From contig CP142728.1 of assembly GCA_036630325.1 (NCBI GenBank), positions 186,001-250,000 of the forward strand: 64,000 nt of DNA, read 5' to 3'. The DNA is from Vairimorpha necatrix (taxonomy: Eukaryota). The position numbers and the translations under genes were made by a program. How positions within the stretch are numbered: position 1 is the stretch's first letter; the number at the start of each line of letters is the position of its first letter. Shown in pieces: positions 1 to 11,327 of the stretch. The notes beneath the pieces are model-generated. The model was not told where the DNA came from, ran no database searches, and worked only from the letters and a program-made list of their open reading frames with translations.

Positions 1-549
1 CCACCATGAATCAATTTGATTTCTGATGTACATCTCCAAATCTTTAGACACGAAATCAAGAGCAACAAGAAATTGTTTGTATTGTTTTTCTGATGTTAAA
101 TTCTCATAATTATTAAATAAATCTACCATCTCGTAAATTGTCCTTGGTTTTATATCTCCATAAATATCTACACCATTGTCAATACAATCTGCGCCAAGAA
201 AGAAGTCTTCATAAATTTTAACAACAAAATCGTTGTAAAGTGCATCTTTAGAATCAATTCCGAAACAATTAAAAAATTTTTCATGAAAATGTTTATAAAT
301 AAGCCCGGAACTACTCAATTTATACTTATATTTTTTTGAAAATGTCTCAGAAAAAGAATGTTGATGGTGATCATATCTATTTGTAGATGGATCGTATACA
401 CCTCCAACATCATAAACAATATCGCCAGTACCTATTTCCTTCTTGTCTCTGGTTCTGATAATTTGAGAAGATGGATAAATCATAAGTAAAATTGCAGTGG
501 CTAGAATCTCATCATAATGGAATCTTTCATTGTGTGTGACAAGTTTCAT
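1..549 (-). CDS. MYG1: MYG1 (UPF0160) family exonuclease, 5' part; runs off the window start
   Basis: Manual translation from ATG 549: MKLVTHNERFHYDEILATAIL...IRTRD...IVYDVGGVYDPSTNRYDHHQHSF...KLSSSGLIYKHF, which are the characteristic MYG1 motifs. CCCCC lies immediately upstream of the ATG. Absent from the ORF track because it is truncated. Confidence 0.92.
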   Translation of the reverse strand, partial: MKLVTHNERFHYDEILATAILLMIYPSSQIIRTRDKKEIGTGDIVYDVGGVYDPSTNRYDHHQHSFSETFSKKYKYKLSSSGLIYKHFHEKFFNCFGIDSKDALYNDFVVKIYEDFFLGADCIDNGVDIYGDIKPRTIYEMVDLFNNYENLTSEKQYKQFLVALDFVSKDLEMYIRNQIDSWW

Positions 550-2149
550 GGGGGTCGAAAATTTACAGTTATTTATAAAAAAATAACGGACAAATTAAAA
601 AATTTTATTGAATAGTGAAGCTTAGTATTTTCTTTTTAGATGATCAAATATCACATGTTTTTATGATTTAATTACTGTTTACTTTAAACTCTACAATAAT
701 AAAATTACTTTCTACAGTTACATCTTCCGCTTTTTTGCCTGAAAAAATTTATACCTCGGGAAATGTATTATTCTTTGGAATAACTTACAAAATGTACACG
801 TTGTTCGTCTCATACTAAATGTCAAAAATATTGATCTAAATAAAGTTCGCTAATTAAAATTTGAGAGTTGGAATAAACAAAAAAAAGACAAAATAACGTC
901 ATTAAAAGAAGTCAAAATTATATTGCAAGACTATAACTCATTAATACGCAAAACAAGATCCTTACATTTTTGTAAAAAAATTATAATTATACTTATTTAA
1001 GTATTATGGCGATAATAGGCCATTATAGATTTATATAAACTTTATCTTTATGAGGTTAACTGCATCGATTTTATATTTTAGTTAGTATACAATTTTTTAT
1101 GATTCATAAATGTTACTGTGTAATCGGAAACACAATCTCCCAAATCTATTAGTCCCATTGATGTCTGTATAACAATTAAACATCGCTTTCGTAAAAAAAA
1201 GTTAACATGGAATCGCAAAGCGCTAGAACAAGACACTATAGAAAACTAAAGACCTAAAATTTTGCCAATGCTTTTTTAAAATATTATTATTGTCATGGGC
1301 AGACAGTAAATGTCAGCTTACATAAACACTAAGCTTTGGCGGTTAACCTCACCTTCTTATGTAGCTTTTTGACAGTGTACTGAAAGATATAAAAATTCTA
1401 TTAACGTAAATAAATTATCTTGTGGATGTTTATTATTCTAATATGTATTGGAAAAGGTTTAAATCTTGTTACATTAAGAAAAGTTTGATTGAAACTTTTT
1501 TAGTGTCAACCAACCCATTTTTTCTAAAAAATTGCCACTATAGCATTATAAGTCTGAAATATTCTGCTATTTGGTCATGAATTTTATGACTTAGACCTAC
1601 TCTGCCTTTTTTCGCAGTGAAATAAATTATTACAATTGTGCTACTAAGTAAAAATATATTCTAATTTAAGATAAAAATTTTGAAATTTAAGCCAAACATC
1701 GAATAATGTAATCGACCTTGTACATATAAGTTTCAAAGATAAATATGTGTGAGAACATTTGCATATAATACATGGATTATTGTTTCTTCGTATATTGTAA
1801 AGATTTACAATATTAATGATATTAACGATATTGCTATGAAGACTTTAATCGGACGAATCATAAACTAATAGAGGTTGAAATAACTTACCAAATCCAAGGC
1901 GTATTACATTCATTTACGTTGAGGCACGATATATCAAATAAACATTTGATATCAACAAATGATAAGAACCACAAGTTACGAAAATACTTCGATAAAAAGA
2001 GTCTTTTAAATCTAATTTCGATTTACGCTGTATTTAAAATAACCCGTAAATGGCGATTTTGTTATAATCGCATTTCTGAGTCATTCTAATATTGGTAGGT
2101 TTTAAAATCCTTTCAAGAAAAGTAAATCCAGAGTATATATCCGAATGTA

Positions 2150-2898
2150 ACTGTAGACTAGCGATCGACAGCAAGAGTCCTTATCGGACGTGTTGGACTT
2201 GAATCCGAGATTCCAAAGTTGTTACATATCTTGGCGCAAATAAAACAACAATATAATGCAATTGTTCACGATAGTTATTATTTTATTTTAATAAAACTTG
2301 TATGCATCCAGGCATAAAGTTGAGCATCATGTATAGAAACGCACCATAAGTCTAGAATATAATATTACTCTGAGGCGAGTTATCGATATGCAAAGTATGT
2401 GCTAAGTACAACTAGTTAAATAAGTGGATTGTGCATTTTTGAGATTGATCACAAAGATAATTAAAAGATTTAACGAAGTGTGCAGTAGAAAATCTCGTTG
2501 CTATCCTACAATTTTCTATAACACGGTGCAAATCTAGTTTGAAGCCGGTGGTCAGCGCAGCTTAATAGAATGTTCGGCCAGTATATGGTGGGGTAATGAG
2601 TTGACTGAGTTGCAATTAATGGTAGGGACCTCTGGACAAAAACGATTATGTCTCTTCTTTGGTTACTAAAAAATGGTTATAATTATATTTGCAGGTTTCT
2701 TTGATGCTATTTGAGTTATATGGAAAACCTCCATTCTCAGGCTCAAAGTCCAATTTATACGGCTGCCTTGCTGCTCCGTCAAGTTTCATGGGGTGAGTAA
2801 GTGGGTCTGAATCGATCATATTGTTCAATAAGAATAAGCTTAAACCATTTTGTTCCCGTATAAGAGTTATCTCGACTTTTTATTTACAAGAAAAAAAA
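2150..2898 (+). mobile_element. Old, diverged copy of the tRNA-headed SINE-like element
   Basis: Colinear matches to 17688-18482: aaacttgt..catccag..tagaaacgcacc (2294-2345), ggtggtcagcgcagc (~2547-2561), caaagtccaat..atacggc..ccttgctgc (2744-2775), and a 3' end CAAG(A)8 at ~2887-2898. The 5' boundary is approximate. Confidence 0.7.
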
Positions 2899-4122
2899 TG
2901 CGAAAAAATGAAAGCACTAATTGCGCAAAATTTTATCAGATGTGATTTAGATACAAAATTGAAGAAGAAAACTACGTATGATCTGGGCGTTTTACTTGAT
3001 TTATTTTTTTTATTTGCAGTTATGTTGTTTCAAAAAAGCAATTATATCATATGTTAATATTAAATATAGTGAATTTGTGTTGGGTTGGGTTAGGAACGCA
3101 CAAATTGATATTTATTTTTGGAATGAGCAGAGATTGCATTAATCTTGAAAAATTATACACAGTAAAAACTTACGATATATACCTACAAATTAGCAATATA
3201 AGTGATGACGTAGTTCTTTTTAATGCAAAAAATTGCGTAGGTTGCAATTTATATAATAAGTTTATACCAGATGAAAATTTTTATTGTTTTGTCGAGGTCG
3301 AAGTATCTGGTAATAAATGAATAGTACCTTTCTTTATTAACAAAGGGAACGGATATACACCGTTGGCTATAATTTTAAAACTTCTCGCAAGGTCTTTATA
3401 ATACTTCAGGGACTTGAAGTGCATACGAAAACTAAGACATTTCATATTAATTATACAATAGAGAAACATAGTCAATCGTCATTAGACTATGTAATTAACT
3501 TTTATATGATGGAAATTAAGGAAATTGGTGGTAATAATGATGTTAATGTATAATCAAAAGGACTCTAGCGTCTCTAGAATATATATTTTTTTGTAAATTG
3601 TTAAGAAAAGTGATATGTATTTTACACATAAAAATCTTACTTTTTAATGTGTTTTGTTAATGAACAAGCTCGGGTGCATACTGATACTTGCCCTGCTCAA
3701 AAAATGATGTGTGTTTTGACAGGCCTAGAGAAGCCAACATTGTTGTTGAGAAATGACAGAAAATATATAAATCCTCTGTAGTGTAAAAAAGACAAAAAAT
3801 GCCATGTTGGACCAACTATACTTTTGCAGCCAAACATATCAAAACTGCCATTCTTAACTATTCAAGATAAGAACCTTAAGGGACTGAAATTAAAAAAACC
3901 TGAAATATTAAAAATAATTAAAACTAATATAAGTATTATACTTAAACAACATGTTTAACAACCATGTAGAAACTAGTCTCACATGTTTTTTATATTGATG
4001 TGCCAATTTTGTAAAAAAAGGCATTTTAAAATTTTATAAAATATTTTAAAATTATTAAACAAGGGAGATTTCGGCCGCGCCTTTATTTTAGAATACATGT
4101 TTTTAAACCAGAAAATATTTTA

Positions 4123-5304
4123 TTAATCTTCTTTCACTTCAAACCCGTATCTATCAAAATCGAAATCGTCTAAATTAAATTTAAATTCCTGTGCTTTCCC
4201 CATTTCATATGAAGGTGAGCCTTGGTTTTCTTGTTCATATTGTTGCATTTTCAGGCTCCTTATTTGCTCGGCATTGATTACAAGATTTGAAAATAGGCAA
4301 AATACGTTCGCCTTTTTATGTCCACCTCTTCGAACTATAGTTCTACAGATTTCTGTAATAAAAAACTGCGATGTCTTTCTATCTGATAAAATCTTGGCTA
4401 TATTTTTTAGGAATCTTTCCATATTTGTATCTTTTGCCCAGTCTTGACAAATACTTTTCAACATTTCAAAAACATCAAATTCATTTGGTATTGGAAATTC
4501 CTTTTGTTTGCCCATTCGTCTTAGAAATGCTTCATCAATTATACTCTTATAATTAGTAGCTCCCATAAAAAATATATTTTTAGTTGCATCTGAAGTTATA
4601 CCGCTCATAATATTTAGAAACTCAGACTTCAGCCCACTACTGAGATCTCTATGGCTCATTTCTCGGTTGGCGAAAAAAGCATCAACCTCATCAACAAAAA
4701 TAATTGTCGCTTTCCAGCCTTCATCTTTTCTAGCTTCTTTAAATAAGCGAGCAACGAGTTTTTCAGGTTCCCCTCTATACTTACTTTCAATCATACTTGG
4801 TGATATAAAATAGGCTCTAACAATATCTTTGTTCTCTTTGTACTTTTTTTTTAGTTTTTCATTTAACAAGTAAACCAATCTTTTAATAAAATGTGTTTTG
4901 CCAGTACCAGAAGGACCGTACAATAAAAAATTACGACATGTGTCTGATAACCCTATCAGTTCTTTTGGGTTTTTGGACGTCGATAAATTGATAGATTCCA
5001 TCATATCACTTATAATTGAAGTAAACATATCAGCCCGCCCATAATATTGAATGTCTGAAAAATCTTTAGCTGTATGATAAGAAAAAAATTCTGCCTCGCC
5101 TTGTTCATTGCTAGGCCCATTTGCAAAGAAATTTAGAATTTTAGGAAGAAAACATAATGCAAGCACAAAAGAAACCAAATTAACAATTGCGAACGCAATT
5201 CCAAACACGGTTCTTATAGTATCGAGCAATGTTCTTTTTGGTTCTTTGTTGACTAAATAAACGATCTTTTGATTTTCAATTTCTTTGAAATTCTCAACCT
5301 CCAT
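4123..5304 (-). CDS. AAA+ ATPase with N-terminal transmembrane segment (classic AAA clade, Msp1/ATAD1/Vps4-like)
   Basis: Walker A GPSGTGKT, pore loop SKYRGEPEK, Walker B FVDEVD, SRH ATNY..IDEAFLRR. Hydrophobic helix VFGIAFAIVNLVSFVLALCFL. GGGG upstream of the ATG. Confidence 0.9.
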   Translation of the reverse strand: MEVENFKEIENQKIVYLVNKEPKRTLLDTIRTVFGIAFAIVNLVSFVLALCFLPKILNFFANGPSNEQGEAEFFSYHTAKDFSDIQYYGRADMFTSIISDMMESINLSTSKNPKELIGLSDTCRNFLLYGPSGTGKTHFIKRLVYLLNEKLKKKYKENKDIVRAYFISPSMIESKYRGEPEKLVARLFKEARKDEGWKATIIFVDEVDAFFANREMSHRDLSSGLKSEFLNIMSGITSDATKNIFFMGATNYKSIIDEAFLRRMGKQKEFPIPNEFDVFEMLKSICQDWAKDTNMERFLKNIAKILSDRKTSQFFITEICRTIVRRGGHKKANVFCLFSNLVINAEQIRSLKMQQYEQENQGSPSYEMGKAQEFKFNLDDFDFDRYGFEVKED

Positions 5305-6196
5305 TTTGACCCCAAAAATTTCATTTTTTTATAAAAAATCGAAATTGTGATTTTTATAAAATTAAATGATGTATTATTCATTTAAATTGTGGTTGGTCAT
5401 ATAATTTCATCTACTTTTTATTTTTGATATTTTATTTTTCATTAAATTTAATTAAATAATGACATGCCGTTTAATTTATCCATATAACTTAATGATTTTG
5501 TAATTAAAAAACTCAGTGTATTAATTTTTAAAAAAAAATATCTTCTTTTTTTTAAAAAATATTTCTTCTTTGAACTTTAAAGTAGCAGTAAAATATTTTA
5601 TTAATTTATATTTATAAATATATTGACAGTGTCATATTGATTTTTGAAACATAGCTATAAATTACGGGAAGACTTAAATCAAATATTATCTTAAAGGCAA
5701 GATATAAAATTGTATTGAAAATCTTTTTTTTTACATGTACTAAAGTCCTAGAAAAGTCTATAATATCAATTTGTAAATGTTTTAAAGATATAAATATGCT
5801 AATATTGTTTATGTTTCAGTATAACTAGAAAATTGCATCTATATCACAAAACCCACGTCATAAAAAAAGCGATCAAGAAAAAATAATTCAATTCAATCCA
5901 CAAAAAAAATCAATAAAGAGCTTATCTGTTATTTAAATACATAGACGGAAAAAAACAGATTCTTTAACGCCATTTAAAATAAGGAAAAGAATCAAACGCC
6001 CAAAAAATATATGTATAGTATTTAGCAGATGTATTACGTTGATATGTTTTTTATAAGAATTTTTTATAAATATTTTGATTAAACATTACACGGAATATTG
6101 TAGAATCATGATATAATTAGTGCTCCATAATTGATCTTAATGATATAATATTATTTATATTAATGTGTAAAAGTAAACAAATAGATAAAATTTTTA

Positions 6197-6655
6197 GTAA
6201 CTATTATGAAAGTTTTAACATCCAAAAATATCATAGCACATGCTGTAAATATACCATTCCGAAAGACATATCTTCATAGAAGCTATCTTTTGTTTTTATT
6301 ATATTAACCGAATAAATATTTGTATTATTGGCAGCTTTTCGCAAAATTAGCTCGAGCTCTAATGATTAATGTGAGATTATTCGAGTTCTATTTCGAGTAC
6401 TTTAAGATTTTTGCAAATTTTATAAATGATGTAGATTCTGCATGATTTTCTTAATTACAATAATAATATAACCAAATTCTTATAGTATTCTATGATCTTT
6501 ATAACATATTTTAATGTGTGGGCATAGTTTGTCAAGTCCTGTCTCTTGGTAGCTAAAATTTTCTTCTGACGGTTCTATCAATTCGTCTGTAAGATAGCAA
6601 GTTCATTTCATTTGGATCAAAATGATCGTCAAATAATTCTAATGAAGAATTTTTT
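6197..6655 (-). pseudogene. Decayed paralogue of the acidic signal-peptide/C-terminal-TM family
   Basis: Minus-strand remnants SLELFDDHFDPNE (~6605-6645) and KNLKVLEIELE* (~6378-6412). DNA gcacatgctgtaaatataccattccgaaaga matches 19726-19757. Contains stops, and the N-terminus is not seen. Confidence 0.7.
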
Positions 6656-8912
6656 GTTTTGTATTTACCGAAAAAAGATACAGCATAATTGTAATCAATT
6701 ACATTTTAAATGATGATACGTGCTGGAGAACATTTGCTACCTGTTTCTAAACATAATTATAAAATTGAAAAATCTAAAAATTTTAAGTGCGTGTCAAAAT
6801 TTTCAATATAACTGTCAGGTTGAAATTTTTACCCTTTTGATAATTATTCGATATTGGTGGTTGGCATGTTGATCACAAAAATTATATAAACAATATAAAA
6901 AATGTGATTTGTAAAAAACGAGACATATAATCTTAAACTTGATAGCAATAAAATGTTGGCTCTAAACTCTCAATATTATTGTTGTAAAAGCGTTTTATTT
7001 TATTTTCGTCTTCGTCTCTTTGCTTAAGATGGGGTTAAAATATTTTTAATATATATACAAATGATCAAGCATTGTAAACGCTCTGTTAGAGCGTAAGAAA
7101 CTACGAAAATTATAATCCTTATAAGTTTTTAGTTAATATATTATGGATCATAATTTAATCTTTTATCACAATAAGAGCTTTCTCTTATTAGGTTTATATG
7201 GAACAATTTAAAAATTATTAATTATCTCAATGCACGCATTTATAATTATTTTCTATACAAAGTATATAAAATTTACTAATTATCATTTCGTGGTATAAAA
7301 GCTCTACCTAGATATTGAGATAAATACAAACTAATGTTTAAAGACTATATGAAAAAAATCTAATATAAATGAATTTGATTTTTGTCTACATATAAAACCG
7401 ATTTAAAAGTATTTATTAATCATATACGATTTCCTTAATTATGTATCAACTTTTTAAATTTCCAACAAGAAAACTTTATAACATTTACTTAATGAAAAAA
7501 ATTATCAGTTTATCGATACCAAATGCTTTTTAAATCATTACGTTGACTAAAAATTGTAATAAAATATTTGTTGTTGTTTTTATGGACAGATTAAGTACAA
7601 ATCTATAAGTTATTTACATCTCAACTCTGAAAATGCCAAGTTATCGTGGCTTTATAAAAAATTTTATAATTTTTCTGTAATATTATAAAAATATAGTATA
7701 GTATATAAGAAATAATAACAAATCAAAAAATATCATATTTATTTATGAATATCAAAATTTTGAATAAAAAAACTAGCATTTATTTCCGTTTTATATAAAA
7801 CAAACTAGAATACATTATAGAGAATTTTAAACATTATCAAAATGTACATTATCGAAAACCAATTATATCACACAGAATTTCTTTTAAACTCTTAGTGTTA
7901 TTTGAATAAAAACGAGATAATGAAAATGAGTTGACAATGAATATAGATGATAAATTACAATAGTAATTTTGCTTGGTATTAAAATAGAACGTAGTTTTAA
8001 TTTATTTTGTCGAAATACTAAAACGCATTGTTATGTTTTTCAATTACAATGTACAGTTATTTTCAAAGATATTTAATATCGGGCGGATTTATGTATATTT
8101 ATTATGTTAAAGTATTCCATAAATTTAATGAGTTTGTAAAAAACATTTTAAATAATTATAAAGAAATCCAGTTTTATACTAAAATTTTCCAATATATCAT
8201 ACTCTTTAAATGATATCACTTTTACATGATGCATTCATTTACAATACTTTAAGCGCGAGCTTGTCATGTTAATGCAGGGTAAATTTAATAAAATTTTCAA
8301 AATAAAAGGTTTTGCTTTTACTTGTTGTTCTATAAGCAATGACGATTGTACAATTCCCACGGACTTTAAGCAGCAGTTTAATCTTATATTTCTATAAATA
8401 GACGATTATTTTTTATGATGTTCATTTGTATGATTTTTACTTACGGGAGCAAAATTTTTTTTTCAACCCCTTAAATTAAAAGAAACACCGTTGTTTTCGC
8501 CTTAAAACTCTATGAAATTAAAAGAAAATAATTAATTACGACATGAACACTTCAAACAAATTTTTTTGGGAATTTAATTGCCAATCAATTTTTTTTTTAC
8601 CTAAATGATTAGAGCTTTAAGCTTTCAAAATCATTAACTCAAGTATAAAATTGATACCGACTGCCGTATCAACAGTTTATACACTTGTACAAAAAAATTA
8701 ACGTGTATAATATTATTTTACACCATTTTAATAACTTTTAATTTATACTTCTTTAACAATGATGCGACGCTTTTTCTTCATATCTTTAATAAATCATATA
8801 TTTGTTAGTTGTAAATATATATATATATAAAAAATACAAAGAAGAATAGTTGATATAGGAGTTATAAATACGGATTTTACACGACAAACGACTAAAGAAA
8901 ATTTTTATTAGA

Positions 8913-9413
8913 TTAGTTTTTTGCTTTAGAAATAACAAATCTTATCATACCAACAACTGCAAAAAATCCTAAGATGAAATGTATGTGGTTTCTAAAATTT
9001 TCTATTTTAGTTTCTTTTTTATCCAACTTGTCTTGTTTATTTTTACCTTTTACTTTAGACTTTCTGGCTACAATCACGCCTTTTATTTTCAATTGTTCGT
9101 GTATAGGAACATCAATCTCAAGCTCAAGCAATTTTTTATTTTCATTAGCTAACATTAATTGAGGGTGTTTGGGTGCGACAACTGTTTCATTTTTTGTAGG
9201 AAAAATATCACTAGTACGTTCAAGTGATAGATAATCAAATTCATTAACCGTTTGCAATAGCATATTGGGATAGAGTTCAGGCCTTTCAGCTAACGGAGAT
9301 TGTACTATCTCAAAATTAGATTCTGTGGTATTTATATTGTTCGTATTAATGTAATTAGATAAATTACTTGCTGATAATAATTCGATTAATACTGTTAAAC
9401 ATAAAATAAACAT
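8913..9413 (-). CDS. Lineage-specific protein with signal peptide and C-terminal TM (family member with one acidic repeat)
   Basis: The start is probably ATG 9413 (MFILCLTVLIELL), preceded by CCCC, rather than the track's upstream near-cognate start. Aligns with 12567/19689 (ASNLSN..ESNFEIV..LLQTV..SLE..ENKKLLELEID..HFILGFFAVVG). Confidence 0.8.
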   Translation of the reverse strand: MFILCLTVLIELLSASNLSNYINTNNINTTESNFEIVQSPLAERPELYPNMLLQTVNEFDYLSLERTSDIFPTKNETVVAPKHPQLMLANENKKLLELEIDVPIHEQLKIKGVIVARKSKVKGKNKQDKLDKKETKIENFRNHIHFILGFFAVVGMIRFVISKAKN

Positions 9414-11327
9414 AGGGGTCAATTTATTTTTACTTTTATACTTGTTGTAATATAAATTAAATTTTACATCTGTTTCATATTCTATATTTTTATATGCATT
9501 TTGCAATTTTTTTTATTTTCCCTCCAAAAAAGATATATTATATTTTCATTTATTATATATCATGTTTTATTGGGCGTCAAATATCCCAAACCTCTGAATG
9601 GTCTCTCCCACTAAGATTTTTCAACACCAATTATGAAATTTGCTCTCGGATTTACACTTTTTAACTGTTTTTTTCATTTGACTTTAATTTTAATTTAATT
9701 GACATTTAATTTGTTGATTTTTATTGCACAAAATGTGCACAATTTATAGTCGTAAAATCTTTTTAGACCAATATTAATAAATATAAAAAACAAAAATCAA
9801 ATTATAATATAAGTTTTTCTGACATTTGTTTTTATTAACTTTTAAATTTTTTTATAACATATTGATAAGAACAAAGAGTTTATTAATAACAAATGCATAT
9901 GCAAAAGATTTATAAAAAAATTTAAAGTACAATTACTTTTTTGTTTCTTTGTTTTATAGCGTACTAGAAAGCCCATATTTATTTACTCCTAAGCGATTAT
10001 AAAATATAGTAAAGTAGCCTTCATAAGAAAAAAATACATCATGAATAAAAAATTTATGATATTTAACTGCCCATCAAAAATTCTTAATAACATGTCATTT
10101 ATAATGACAAAATAAACACCTCACCCAATATACCAAGTTTTATTGGATTGCGAAATTTTTAGATCTTATTCCAATTGATATACATAAAACAACATATATA
10201 TTCCTTGTTTTCTGTTTTATGTATGCTAGACGCAACATTTTAAATAATAAAAACCCTCATACTGTTTTTATAATTCAATTATATTACGTAAAAAAGTATG
10301 CTACTTTTTCTAAAAGTTTTTTTTGGTAATCAATGTGTTCTTCTTTATTGAATAAATGCAAAATGCTTTTTAAAATTAAATTTATATATGAAATTTTTGT
10401 CAGTGTAAATTTCTCTTCTACAACATCATAATAATATTTTAAGTACTAAATAAGGGCGCGACGAGCCTAGCCAGGACTTTCTACTTTTTTTACGTTTTGA
10501 ATTATTGCCCAAAACTAGTTAAGAACCATTTTTTGCGAATTTATACCCAGAAGTTGAAATTTTACAGATTAATGATACTTATATTTCATGCATTTACATA
10601 GTTTTGGCTTTTGTATAGATTTTTAACAATTTTTATTCGTATTTTGTGTGTAGTCTCTTGCAGTAGATCAAAAATATTTCATGGTCCACATGAGACAATT
10701 TGTAGTCTGTAAAAAGATCTAATACAATACCCAATAAAAATAAGAAATAGATGAGACAATAGTCTGGCCGCGTGTGATTTGCACGTACATGTATTGGTCA
10801 AGTTAGCAGAAAAACAGGATGTGGGATTTCTATTAGGGATTTGTTTGAACTATTTTTAAGCATAGATTTCCACACAAAATATTTGTATATTATGTCTATT
10901 TTTTAAAGAAGCAGGTATTAAAAGTAAAGAGAGAATTCCCTATGTCGACTTGTAGATATTGAGGTCTTAGAAAATAAATTATGAAGCATCGAAAAAAAAA
11001 CTAATAGCAAAAAAACAGAGCTTGAACAAGAAAAACAGGGTTAAAAAGCGCCAAATTTGGAGAAATTGTGCCAAATCCAATGGGAAAAATAGTTATTTTG
11101 AAATTATTCTCGGGTTAAAAGCACTATTGACGTATGAACTGTAAATTTAGGATCGAAATAGTACTGAATCATACAATTCTAACATAAATTTTTTTATGAA
11201 AATATCTTATTAACGAAACTACTTGATTACTGATTGCCATAAGTCCTACATAAAGCATTTGAATAGATCGACTGCAGACACTGCGTTGTTATTCACGATG
11301 TTCGATATAAACAAATTGAAGAATCCC

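Noticed and set aside
2821-3475. Short ORFs at 2821, 3051 and 3281, and similar ones at 8028, 11502, 19163, 25334, 50822 and 55789
   Set aside because: No recognisable motifs, mostly near-cognate starts, and expected by chance in AT-rich DNA.
6995-7040. Tiny basic peptide (AKRRRRK) after a CCCC motif, resembling ribosomal protein L41
   Set aside because: There is no in-frame ATG, and it is too short to support.
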